Assembly: GCA_020891255.1 (NCBI GenBank)
Contig: BQFW01000008.1
Location: forward strand, 2,852,001 to 2,916,000
DNA from: Entomortierella parvispora E1425
Taxonomy: Eukaryota > Fungi > Mortierellomycota
Direction: 5' to 3'
DNA: 64,000 nt
The position numbers were made by a program, and so were the translations under genes. Under the pieces are notes generated by a model, which did not search any database, was not told the origin of the DNA, and saw nothing but the letters and a program-made list of their open reading frames with translations. Position 1 is the stretch's first letter; each line of letters opens with the position of its first letter. This document shows, one piece after another, positions 24,677 to 35,466 of the stretch.

Positions 24677-24909
24677 GTTGTTGGATAGGGTAGGATAGGT
24701 GGGTAAGTGGAGGAGAGTGTCTTCAAACGAGGGAAAGAAAGAGTATGGATTTTGTCGTCAGAAATGTCCCATATTAATATTGTTGGTTCTTTCGCTCTGT
24801 CCCCCTTTCTTTTACAACTTTTTGATGCCTGACTCCCTGACCCTTCTATGAGAAGGGCACAAAAAAAAAAAAAAAAAAAAATGTGCAGGGATTAAAAGGG
24901 GACGGAAAA

Positions 24910-25600
24910 CAGCAGTTGACTCTGATGTGGTTCAATAGTCCCTGGATGCAGTGTGCTGAGAATTATCTTTTCCTTCACTCACCGCTGACATGGTGAACCT
25001 TACCAAGCACTGGATACATGTACCGCACTTTACAGGAACAGGGCAGTAATGAAGAGAACATGCTCACTCGACGTCCGGTCTCTCATATCCAACACCAGTA
25101 ATGTGCACTTGTCCATCAGCACTACGCAGCACTCAGAGCAACCTCCACAAGAACTGTCCTGCGACGGAACAAGGGTGGAGGAACAGGGAGTAAGGAGGGG
25201 ATCTTGTTGTGGAGTCGTTGACTGAAAAGAAAAAAATAGATGGGATCAGAGAGGTTTACCGCCAGGAGACAGGCAAAAGCGGGGGTGTGTATGACAAAGG
25301 CGGATTTGATGGTTCGAAGGCATTAAGACGGAGTCTGGATCAAAGAGTGGAGAAAAAAAAACTAGGATCCAGGGCAAGACAAGAACCACAACATCCGAGG
25401 GCAAAAACAGTGGAAATCGTATATGCATTCCAATGACATCCCAACCGAACCCAGTCAAAACACTGGCTCCAACGTAGACCACTACCGCTCTATAACCTAC
25501 GTTATTTGGTCGGGAGGAATTGACTACGACAGGAAGAAAATATGGATCAAACAGAATGTGGAACAACAAAAGAGGGGCTGCGGAGACTAGAGGGACACCT
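24910..25600 (-). pseudogene. Decayed spliced gene for a hydrophobic protein of unknown family, copy A
   Basis: Hydrophobic frames (YRAVVVYVGASVLTGFGWDV) and a downstream exon DSSCGGCSECCVVLMDK... with frameshifts relative to copy B. CGCAG acceptors are conserved in both copies. Confidence 0.4.
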
Positions 25601-26089
25601 AAAGACAAGGAGACATGCAATTTGTGTCTTCCCTTGGCCTTTACTATGAAAACCAAGGGCTCTCAAAGATAAAAGGCCTTCCTACTCACAATCTATTCAT
25701 ATTTTCGTGGAGGGGAAATTTGATTCGATTCAAGGCATCTAAATTCAGTCTTCATTCCGGTCCTCAAAGCCTCTGCTGGGATCTTAAGATCCATCAATAT
25801 CTTCTACTATAGGTGGAGAGGAGTCTGCTTTGGTGAGCCTGAGGTTGGGTGGGTTTTTATCGATGGGTTCCTTTATGTTTGCGGTGGTTGCTACTCACTT
25901 CTCGCGCCATGGCTCACGAAGTTTATCGGTTTCTCTGCTATTGGTGTTGGATAAGATACGCATGCACCTTGGAAGGGAATGGGATTGGCGAAGGTGTCGA
26001 AAACAAGACGGAGCTGTGCTTGGGATGATCACCCCCCCTTTTTTTGTCTTGTTCTTTAAAAACGACAAAGCTTTGCATGTGCTTTGTGT

Positions 26090-27457
26090 TCAGGATGAGG
26101 TTGCTTGAGCAGGCAGACTCGACCTCAAGCATGAAAAACGCCCCAACCGTGGCCAAGCCTGTGCCATTTGACGGATCTCATCGTCTGCCTTTCCAGACAT
26201 AGAACCAACCTCGAACACCTCCAGTGCAGTCAGGGTAGAGAGCTGTTCCATAGTCCTTTCATTCCAAGAAACGCGTCGAGACCACTGGAGCTGCTTAAAC
26301 TTGAGTGTCTTCAGCCCTGAACAGGTCCAAACTCGTGACTCTTCATTTCCATATTGACGCAGCTCGTAGGAAGGGTAATCAAGGCGATCACCGTAGTCAG
26401 GATAACCAAAATAAACCAACTGTGAACAGGACCACAGAATCTCATCGCAGATCATGAAGTTGTTGGCACCAGCTCCGGTGTAGTAAACATCCATTCCAGA
26501 TTCGAGAAGATCAATCCTGGTCAGCATGTCGAAGCGGCTCGACAACAGCCTGAATGTATCATATGTAAATGGCGATCCGTGCAAGGTGAACTCGGTCATC
26601 TGAGGACACTGTCGCAACAGCCGCTGCAATGGAGCAGCCTTTTTGAGTTGACCGCGGACTATTAAGGTTCTCAGCTTGGGATAGAGCCAAAATGTCGAGG
26701 ACTCATCCACTGTCCTCTCTTCTGGCGGTTGCAATGACCGCGTTGTTGCAGGAACAAGCACCACCAAATGGTCCCCAGAGTTGACAAACTCGAGATGTTC
26801 CAAGTGCGGAAACAATGGCTGAGTGAATATCCTCCCTGGAACAAAGCCGGCAACAATGCAGCGGTCAATGGATAGTCTTGTTACCTGTGGAGCAATACGC
26901 ATGATGTCCACAATGCGCTCGAGACTGAGGTTCGACTGGATAAAAGACAGGCGCTTTAGTTGATGGCAAGTCGGTCCGATCTCTTTTAGAGATGTGGCGA
27001 TGAGAGGACCTTGAAACCCAACAAACTCCAGCTTCTGAAGGGAAGAGTTGAATTCCATAAGCAACCTCAGCTCTACAGGTCCATTCTGAGAAGTACATTG
27101 TTCTGTTGTGCGCACCACCTTCAAACTCTCGAGATGTCTGACTGTCGACAAGAGGACACGGATGTATGAACCTGGAAGGCAAATCGATAGATCCTTAATT
27201 GTTTCTCCATGACGTCTGATCAAGTCCTCGGGAGGCAATCCAGCGGAACTACTGCCTTGGAAAATGTCGAATTCTGTACTGAGGTCGACGGAGAGGTAGA
27301 TCATGGGAGAAAACGTGTTGCGCCACGCTTTAGAGACCATTGAGCAGAGGGCTCTCTGCTGACAGTCGAGATAAAGACCAACGAGCGACCGGATCTCGAA
27401 GATGTCCATGGCCCTCGCAGAAGCCGAACAAGAGGACAGTTCCTGCTGCTGTTCCAT
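26090..27457 (-). CDS. F-box/LRR protein (intronless)
   Basis: MDIFEIRSLVGLYLD...CSMVSKAWRNTFSPMIY, LRR-like repeats, VWTCSGLKTL, QAWPRL. Confidence 0.78.
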   Translation of the reverse strand: MEQQQELSSCSASARAMDIFEIRSLVGLYLDCQQRALCSMVSKAWRNTFSPMIYLSVDLSTEFDIFQGSSSAGLPPEDLIRRHGETIKDLSICLPGSYIRVLLSTVRHLESLKVVRTTEQCTSQNGPVELRLLMEFNSSLQKLEFVGFQGPLIATSLKEIGPTCHQLKRLSFIQSNLSLERIVDIMRIAPQVTRLSIDRCIVAGFVPGRIFTQPLFPHLEHLEFVNSGDHLVVLVPATTRSLQPPEERTVDESSTFWLYPKLRTLIVRGQLKKAAPLQRLLRQCPQMTEFTLHGSPFTYDTFRLLSSRFDMLTRIDLLESGMDVYYTGAGANNFMICDEILWSCSQLVYFGYPDYGDRLDYPSYELRQYGNEESRVWTCSGLKTLKFKQLQWSRRVSWNERTMEQLSTLTALEVFEVGSMSGKADDEIRQMAQAWPRLGRFSCLRSSLPAQATSS

Positions 27458-27846
27458 GAGTGACGATAGTAGGGTGAAGATGGTGTACTGTTTGTCGGTT
27501 GCGCAGGAAACGTTGGAGGAAAGAAAACAAAAAAAGAAGGGGGTGGGCAAAACAAAACGTACTATTTGGTACAGAGTTTCCTGTGCAGTGTGGCTTGACC
27601 TTGTGTTCTTGGCGAAGCAAGTCGACTTTGACAATTTTTGGAACTCTGGCAGGGAGCTCTCAACCAAGCCCCTCCTCCTCTCCCTCTGGCAGACGATGGC
27701 GTCGATATCAATGATTTTGTTCTGTATGGTTCTCGCCTCGGCACCACTTTTCACCCTCTTACTTTTTTACTTACTGCTGATGGTCGCTTGAGACAGCAGT
27801 GTCAGGGGAGTATGAGATCGACTGCGGCATTTCTGATAAAGTCGTT

Positions 27847-27880
27847 GGCAAAGTCCTAGGCAAAGTCCATGGCGAAGTCC
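27847..27880. repeat. GGC(A/G)AAGTCC x3 with 12-bp period in a divergent intergenic region
   Basis: ggcaaagtcc at 27847 and 27859, ggcgaagtcc at 27871. Confidence 0.7.
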
Positions 27881-28056
27881 TTCGCTCACAAAGGTCTGAC
27901 CTAAAAGTTTTTACCCTTCCCACTTCCAATCACCATCTCTTTTTTTCTCTCCCCAACTTTACTCGAAATAGCCCGCCAATTCTACATTTTCAAGCACCAT
28001 AGAAAACACATGCCAACCATTCTCAGAAGCCCATCTCACTTCTCTAAGCTATCCGA

Positions 28057-28334
28057 ATGATTGGTCCACAAGCTGCCATCGGTATTGTCGCTACAGCCAT
28101 TGCCTTCCCCCCCTGTTTATGTACGGGGTCGCAACGGCCGGATTCACTGCAGGAGGAATTGTGGTTGGATCCTGGGCTGCTAGCTTGATGGCAACTTATG
28201 GTGGTGCTGTTACGACTGGCTCCGCCTGTGCGGTTTTGCAATCCGTTGGCGCGGCCGGTCTGGGGACGGCAGGATGACTTGCAACAAGCGCTGCCGGTGC
28301 TGTCACTGCAGCCGTGGCTGCAGTTGTCGCCTAG
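28057..28334 (+). pseudogene. ISG12/IFI6-IFI27-family small membrane protein, disrupted or reduced to a 52-aa ORF (28119-28277)
   Basis: AGFTAGGIVVGSWAASLMATYGGAVTTGSACAVLQSVGAAGLG matches the ISG12 motif. A C7 run shifts the frame after ATG 28057, and TGA 28275 precedes a further hydrophobic stretch ending TAG 28334. Confidence 0.7.
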
Positions 28335-28735
28335 TATACAGCGATGATGAATGAAGGAAAGGACATTACACGAAAAGGAGGCGAGACGTGAAAGAAAAGT
28401 CCTAACCAAACAGAAGACCAGAGCAAGAAGAAAAAAATTGAAGCGCAAACGCATTGGCAAATGCGCGAAAGCAATTGATGACGAGGAGGATTGAGTGTAA
28501 CGAGGCTGTTCGACTTCCTCAAAAGTTCAGATAAAGCAAATAAGTTTTACAGAAGGCTCAACATAAAGAAGTGAGGGATGGCCAGGTTACTAAGGGCAAT
28601 CTTCTTGATCACTGGGTATTATTGTAGGATTCCTATTATTCCATGATGAGAGAGATCAAAAAGTGGCGTCCCGATGCTTCTGGCTGCGATGTCTTGGAAG
28701 GATACAAACAACGCCGAGGTGCCGAGACGGAAGAG

Positions 28736-31640
28736 TTAGGTGAACCTATATTCTTTTCGGGATGACGGAGTTGGTGTCGTCGGTGAGAGTGGCAAGACCG
28801 GTGACATGATAGTCGGTAGAGCTGGTTTCTGACCAACGACCAACCATACTCTATAAAACGACTGGAGTTGCTCACACTCTCGATCCATCTCGGCCAAAGT
28901 TGCTTCACATAGTTCAGCGGGCTGCCGTCCTAGTTCACCACGGAGCCAGATCGAAGACAATCCATGCATGTTTTGTCGACTCAGTTGTCCCAACAAACCA
29001 CCCCAATCACCCACGGGTAGCGCGATACAAAATGAGTTGACATGGGCGAATCCAACACGTTTAAGTCCTGGCTTCAGTCGCTGAACTTCAGTCGGGTCCA
29101 CGGATTTCTTCATCGGAGTGTCGAGAGACAAGGCATTCGCCATGTCGGTTGTTGGTCCTGGGTTATAAATCAATCCGTCCGACTCTACGAGTTGGATATG
29201 ACCTGAAGGTTTGAGGACGCGAAGCAGCTAGATGAGGTTGAAAAAAATGATAGTAGGTCAGTAGCTGGAAATTCACCAGAGTCAATCGCCCAGCATTCCA
29301 AACTTACTTCCAAGTTGACTTGTTTTCGCTGAGCAGGGGTGAAGGCATAGACAAGTAGGCGCATGTACACGTAATCAAAGTGATTATCCGGGAATGGAAC
29401 CCCATCGAGGACATTGCACAATTGGAAGTGGCAATTGGGAGGAACAACTTTGTCACTTGTTTCAGGCGTTGGATAGATTGGTGAGAGGTCGATCCCATGA
29501 ATCTCTGCGTTTGGAAACTCGTGCGCCATCTCTATTGCCCAAATGCCTGTCCCTGTTGCTACATCTAGAATCTTCAAAGGGGCAGTCCTGTCCAGCTTGA
29601 CGTTGTAGTTGCCTTGGAATATGTATCTCACAATATAGTGCTGGCCATCCAATCGGTCCGATTCTGGGAGATCATTAGGGAGCATGTATGGCGCGGATTC
29701 AACGGCATGCCGCGTTCGACCATCCTCGTACTGCTGCTTGGGCTGCTGGTCATAGTAAGTATAAACCCAGTCCGGCAATTTTTTCTCCAGAGACATTTTT
29801 AGCGGCTGGTCACTGGACATTGAGTCTGAGCGAGTACTGCTACGGCTGGATGTTGAGGCGTAATCTGAATGGCTTCCCTCTTGGTTGGAAGGCCGCGCTG
29901 AGTTTGTCTGTTGGGATGGTACTGACGACTGTGATGAAGGTGGTACTGCAACGGACACTGACCGCATGGTCGCTCGCCCTACCAACTTTTGAAGCTTCTC
30001 CAGGTCTGTGGGCGAGTGGTTGGAATCCAGCGCTAGCTCCAGGTCGTAATGCTTCGCTCCTGGTGTTTCGGTCAGAACATTGCAAACTTGATCACCATGA
30101 GCCTCTGAAGCGATTGCCACTACGATCTTGCCACGTTGGTAATCCAGACATGCACCCACGATGGAAAGCGTACATTCAAACTCGCTATAATCTCTCCTGA
30201 GTGTCGCAGGCTGATGCTTCTTGCAAACCCAATCGGCTCGGGTGGGTATGGTCCTCACGCGGTACATCCGGCTATAGCGGGACTTGTTTATCTCCATCTC
30301 CAAGTGCGAAAAAAGGTTGTTGTCTGGACTGACTCCATATGCAGCGTTCACGTCCGCAAGATAATCAGTCAGGTCCCACGGTCGAGATGTATTCAAACAG
30401 GCCACTGTTTCAATGTAGGCGATCGATTTGTTGATCCTGTCCAATGTGAGTGATATTGGTGGCAATGCATCGGCCGGAAAGATCTCTCCTGCCGCTGAGA
30501 GTCCTGGCAAAGCATATCCTGCAATTTGATTGCCGAACTTGAGCATCTCCAGCATGACCATCAGGTAGGGACCGAATTTTTCGATTAGCTTGACCGGATT
30601 GCGAACTCGATAGCCATCTGCATCTGCCAAGTGCAAGCAAGGGACCCCCATGCTCTCCTGACCGGTGGTTGGCGTGTGTTCTCCGCACTCACAGAGGAAA
30701 AAGAGTCGAAAGTGGTTCGCCAGGATATTTGCTGCATCCCATTGGTGTTCGTGGCTGGGAAGAATCACAAAAAAGCGCGGCCCGTTCCCATGCTCAAAGT
30801 CGTACGATGTTCCTAGAATCTCTTCCGCTTTGGCCAAGATGAGCGCAAACCAGACGAGAATGGACTTGTATCGTTGAAGCACATCTATGACGGCGCCCTC
30901 AGCCTCCTGACGGACTCCTTCACAGATCTCCCGCCGTTGCTCTTCAAGTTCGGTGCTGATCTCTTCTTTTCCTTCGCCATGATCACGCGTGTGGTTGCTG
31001 CCCTGGCCGTTGCTCAAGGTTCGAGAATGGCCCGAAGGCATAGGTCCATGCGGATTCTGGGTCTCGGGGATGTTGATGACAATTGACTGGTGGAGTCGTT
31101 GCCGCCGCTTTGCTGCATTTTGGTCAGACTCTAATTCCTTTGTTGGGTTGACATCTGCGCCAAGCTGGGCTTGATCGATGGTCGTCATTGCTGGCGCTCT
31201 ACACGAGGAAGACGTTGACGGTGATGGGGACGCTGCATTGGATCCAGCGTGGTCCCTGGGGATGATGTAGATGACGGCCCCCTTGCAGGCGGGGATGCGC
31301 TCAGGAACATGTCTAGGAGAATGAATGGAGAATGATGAACAAAGGGGAAACTGGCTTCCTTGTCTCGTTTCTCCAATAGAAAAGCAGCGCTGCACGACCA
31401 GCGTACCTGGCAGACGTACCTTCGCAGATTCCTGTCCCGTGCGAACGAAAGCGAGAGACCATCCTGCCGCTCAAAGTACACGTTCGACAGGTGCGCAATT
31501 CCAAAGTGATCCGCCACGTCCTCGAGAAGTACAAAGTCCCGGTCCTCGCTGCCGGGAGCGGTCGCTGGTCGAATCACCTCCAGCTTGCGAACTGTGCCGT
31601 TGTAGCTGAACGCTTGAGCGTAGTCTGCATGCTCAAACAT
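28736..31640 (-). CDS. ~905-aa multidomain protein: Mortierella-type LRR-associated scaffold fused to a C-terminal LaeA-like SAM methyltransferase (exons 31640-31420, 31312-29308, 29227-28736)
   Basis: The three exons total 2718 nt in frame with GT-AG sites. MTase motifs: YMLPNDLPESDRLDGQH, ILDVATGTGIWAIEMAHEFP, GIDLSP, FPDNHFDYV, LLRVLKPSGHIQLVE. A short extra 5' exon from 31866 is possible. Confidence 0.8.
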
Positions 31641-32314
31641 TGGTTCTTTGTCTTTTTGTTGCTGGAAAGGACGTGTTCAGAAGAGAGTGGGGGAGACGGA
31701 GAGACAGAGAGAGAGGCAAATGGGCAGAGCAAAAGAATCTCGATGGCATCGAGAATGAGCATCGAGTGGTGAGGAATGCAAAGTATTGTCCAACCTCTCT
31801 CTGGCCAGTGTTGTCGGTGAGCCATTGTTGCGCCTCAATGGTTCTGTTCCCGTCAATCCCGGCCATGCAATTGGTTTGTTTGTTTGTAGGACAAGATGTG
31901 CTTGGCCACCCAGTTTCAACGCCATGCTGTGGACGGCAGGATAATCCTGTGGCGGACGCAAGGGTTCGAAATCCTTGATCTTCTGATCTTTCCTTCTATC
32001 AATCAACCTTGTCTTTGTTCTCCTCCTCCCCTACTCGCTCGCACCTTTGAAATGACAATCCGCTTTAGCTGTGCGTCGAAAGATAGGCAGTAAGTATTTG
32101 TAGACCAACAATATAAATGCCGATTACCAGATCTTGCCTACTAGAAAGCGGAAGCGAGCATGGAACAGCTCTTTCTCCGAGCTCGCTGGAAGAAAAGCTG
32201 GACTTGGTCAGGTACTTCATCATCTTTTGTTCATCACAAGAAACAATACCATTTTTTTCTCAAAGCGTGCTATCATGTTTATTTTTGTTGTGCTTGTTGA
32301 CAACAATTGGTCTA

Positions 32315-33838
32315 CTATATTACTGGTCCGGTATAGAACTGAATGTTGGGCCATGCTTTCCTCATCCATTGCAATTCGGGATCTCGCCCTATGTCATAAC
32401 GATCAACCACCAGAGTTTCCACGGCCTCTACGGTTGTATCATCCACCAGACTCTGACTGCTGGTGGTAGAGCCATTATTGGATTGTTGTTTTGGGTCGAA
32501 AATGTTCTTTTGACGGTAAGAGCTTCTCACATCAAAATTCTCGAGGTCACTTAAGGATTTCCACTGATCCAAAGCAATCCTGTTCCGCGCAGTGTCAAAA
32601 GACAATACCAGCTCTTGAATCTCAAGAACTTTGAGTCGTGCACAGGCCCAGCGACGATGAGCCAAAGGAGGAAGGGGACAACCAATGCTGAAAGAAGTCC
32701 AGTCATTCTTTCCTTCTGATGACGCCGCAGTGCCGTCGGTCAATTCTGGGAACATCAAGTCGACATCCATTCTTGAACAGGTAAAATGGGTAAGCTTTGG
32801 AAGAGAACACAAAAGCTGCTTCAGCATTGAGGCATCTATCGGGACCCCAAAAGACAATGTCAAGGAGGTCAAAGTGCCTGCACGACCGATCAGTGCTGGA
32901 AGAGAGCTCCATCCGAGAGGTTGTCCAAGTAGAGCCAAGTTGGAGAGCCTATTACAGGCCGCCAAGAGTCGTGCCAAATCATGGTCTTCCAAGACCTCTG
33001 AGGAGATCTCCAGGTGTAAGAGATTCAGGTGGAATGGGCGCAGCGGCAATGGGAGGTTGTACGGCTTGTCAGACTCTGTCGCGAGCAGCAGTTTCTCCAG
33101 ATTAGGCCACGAAACTACCAACTCAAACACGGTAGGCAAGTCTACCTCATGGCGGACATCTCCGGACAAAAGCTCAAAAGACTTGAGATTCGGCAGCGAT
33201 GGCACCTGGATGGCACGCTTCTCGGATGACTCGACACCAGGAATGTTTAAAATAATCTTTGAAAGTTGAGGGCAATGTTTTAAGTAGGCGATATCTGCGA
33301 TACCAAAGTCGCTCTCTTCCACCGCAAACTCTTGCAAATTGGGGCAACATTGGATCAATTGACCGATCATTCGTGAGGCACAGGGTCCTCTAAACCCTCG
33401 AATGTCAAGTCGCTCGATCTTGACGTTTTTGGAAAGGAGCGCTTGAAAACCTGGCATGCGGTCCAGGTTGCTTTCATCGAGCAGGACCAGGCTGGTGAGA
33501 ATGACATGTCTGATACCCTTGGTTATGAACACGAGCGTGTCTATAAACGGACAAGGCAGGCTGAGGTACAACTCCCTGTAAAGAGATCCATATCGGTGCA
33601 GAGCACGTCTTGAGGGCAATCGTTGTCGAATCCGCTCAGCTTCGACGAGAATGTCGTATGGCTCGGCGTCTTCATAATTAAAAGTGCAGATATCCAAGGT
33701 GTGGTAGAGGAACGGGAGGAGTAGTTCGTTCCAGAGCTTGCAGACCCTCACACAGGAAGTCAGGGAACCTGGGTCGAGGTGTTCGCCGAGAACAAGAAGG
33801 ATCTCTGCTGTGTGAGAGGGGCTGGGCTTGGACGCCAT
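32315..33838 (-). CDS. F-box/LRR protein (intronless)
   Basis: EILLVLGEHLDPGSLTSCVRVCKLWNELLLPFLY, LRRs, WACARLKVL, WMRKAWP. Confidence 0.8.
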   Translation of the reverse strand: MASKPSPSHTAEILLVLGEHLDPGSLTSCVRVCKLWNELLLPFLYHTLDICTFNYEDAEPYDILVEAERIRQRLPSRRALHRYGSLYRELYLSLPCPFIDTLVFITKGIRHVILTSLVLLDESNLDRMPGFQALLSKNVKIERLDIRGFRGPCASRMIGQLIQCCPNLQEFAVEESDFGIADIAYLKHCPQLSKIILNIPGVESSEKRAIQVPSLPNLKSFELLSGDVRHEVDLPTVFELVVSWPNLEKLLLATESDKPYNLPLPLRPFHLNLLHLEISSEVLEDHDLARLLAACNRLSNLALLGQPLGWSSLPALIGRAGTLTSLTLSFGVPIDASMLKQLLCSLPKLTHFTCSRMDVDLMFPELTDGTAASSEGKNDWTSFSIGCPLPPLAHRRWACARLKVLEIQELVLSFDTARNRIALDQWKSLSDLENFDVRSSYRQKNIFDPKQQSNNGSTTSSQSLVDDTTVEAVETLVVDRYDIGRDPELQWMRKAWPNIQFYTGPVI

Positions 33839-35466
33839 TTTGTGTTTTTGGGAAATGAACAAAGGAAAGGGGCAGAGGAGGGTGGGAATATTTTTTTCAT
33901 TTATCGCCCCCTCAAAATGCGCTGACTCACGTGTGAGGTGTTGTTTCTCCTGGCTCCCTCTGGGATCCTGGAGGCTTGAGGACGTCTTGTTGACACCTGT
34001 TTTGATCACTGCTGTGAAACCCGCTCTCTCTTCCTCAATGGATCTGGTCTTCAAGCAATCAAAGAAGAGATGGCACAGTCTTACTAGAATGTTATCTACG
34101 GCGGTTGGCATCTATGTTGTGATTTGGCTCTCAATTGCTCCAGGGCTCTGCGCCACCAAACGTGGTCGCTGCCGGATAAACGTTCTCCTTTTGTGTTTTT
34201 GGACCTCGCGGCTAGGGACGATCTTTGTCCTCCGTCCTCTCGGCTCCCTCTTGGAGACACTCTATAATAGCATCTGTTGCCACCATCACCCCTATTATCG
34301 TCAGCGATGAGGACAAATGCCAGGGAGAACACAAACGCAGTTTTACCGCTCCCAGGGGTTGAATGAGGAGAGAACAGAGTATGAAATAACCTTTGTTTGT
34401 AGTTTGTACGACAATGATGCACCTTGGCGGATTGCGAGCGAGCGACAAGGAGATCGTCACTCTTCTGGCGAAATATCAATGATAATGGCGAAATGAGGGG
34501 GTTCTGCTTCGGAAAGACGGACAGATGGGCCACTGCACAGGAGGAAGAGAAGAATGAAAACAAGTGCCGCGTCAACAAACAGCCGCGTGGCACTCCACTC
34601 CTATGTACCCTCCTTCACTCCTCAAAGTCGTTCCCTGCTGCAAAAATGAGTGAGACCTCCAGCGGCCGTGCGATTTGTCAGTGAGTGATCTTTCCCCTGG
34701 CCAGTCAGGCATCGGCCACATTTGGAGCGGAGATCGATCTGGTTGCTTTTCGTCCTTAGTCAATTGCGGCTAGAAAACGTTTTTTTTTTGTCAATCAAAC
34801 TCAGCTTTGCCCCTGGAGGGAGATAGAGAGACAGCGATGATGATGATTGCTGGCGGGAGACGATCGATCATGACGGTGCGCACCTGTTTATTCTTCTGCG
34901 CTATCTCTCTGGCCTCGTCTTTTCTTCTCTTGTCTTCTCCTGTCTTCTCTTTCTTGCATTCATTCATTCATTCACTCGCTCATTCATTCATTCATTCGCT
35001 CCTTTTGCATTCACTTCTTCATTCTTCCCTTTACTGCATACCCTCAGCTCTTCCATTCCAGCACTGATTCGCTCTTTTCTGCATCTGATCTGCTCTCCCC
35101 GCAGCCTCTTCTTTACTGTCTCAGTCTTGTCAACCACGTTTTTTTTATTTTTTTTTTATTTTTTATTTTTTTGTCCCAAGGCACCTCACTTCCCCTGCAT
35201 ACTCCTCATCCACCTACATACCCTTTGGGCGCGCAGACAAGAAACAGCTTCTGCTAAGCACCGTTGATCGACTTCCTCCTCGCCCCTTTCCTGCCCTTGT
35301 GAAGATTTTTCTTTACCGAATAATATTTCTTCCTTTGATCTGATAAACCCCTTCAAGATTTTTATTTTTTTCATTGTCGTTGCGCAATCGCCCCAACTTC
35401 TTCTGCGCTTCACTCTTCTCTTTTTCTGTCACCCATCATCACGACTCTCCACTCACAGCTAGAACA

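Larger units (their letters stand above)
24075..25665 (-). repeat. Inverted segmental duplication, copy A (partner ~61515-63140)
   Basis: Exact shared strings include 28 nt (24662-24689 vs 62495-62522) and 19 nt (24962-24980 vs 62175-62193), with alignable sequence between and beyond them. Confidence 0.85.

Noticed and set aside
24075-25665. The duplicated module as a transposon
   Set aside because: No transposase, RT or helicase fragments, terminal inverted repeats or target-site duplication were visible, so it is reported only as a segmental duplication.
31890-31980. GGTTCGAAATCC resembling a tRNA T-loop/B-box
   Set aside because: It has an extra base versus the consensus, and I could not build a cloverleaf or find an A-box.
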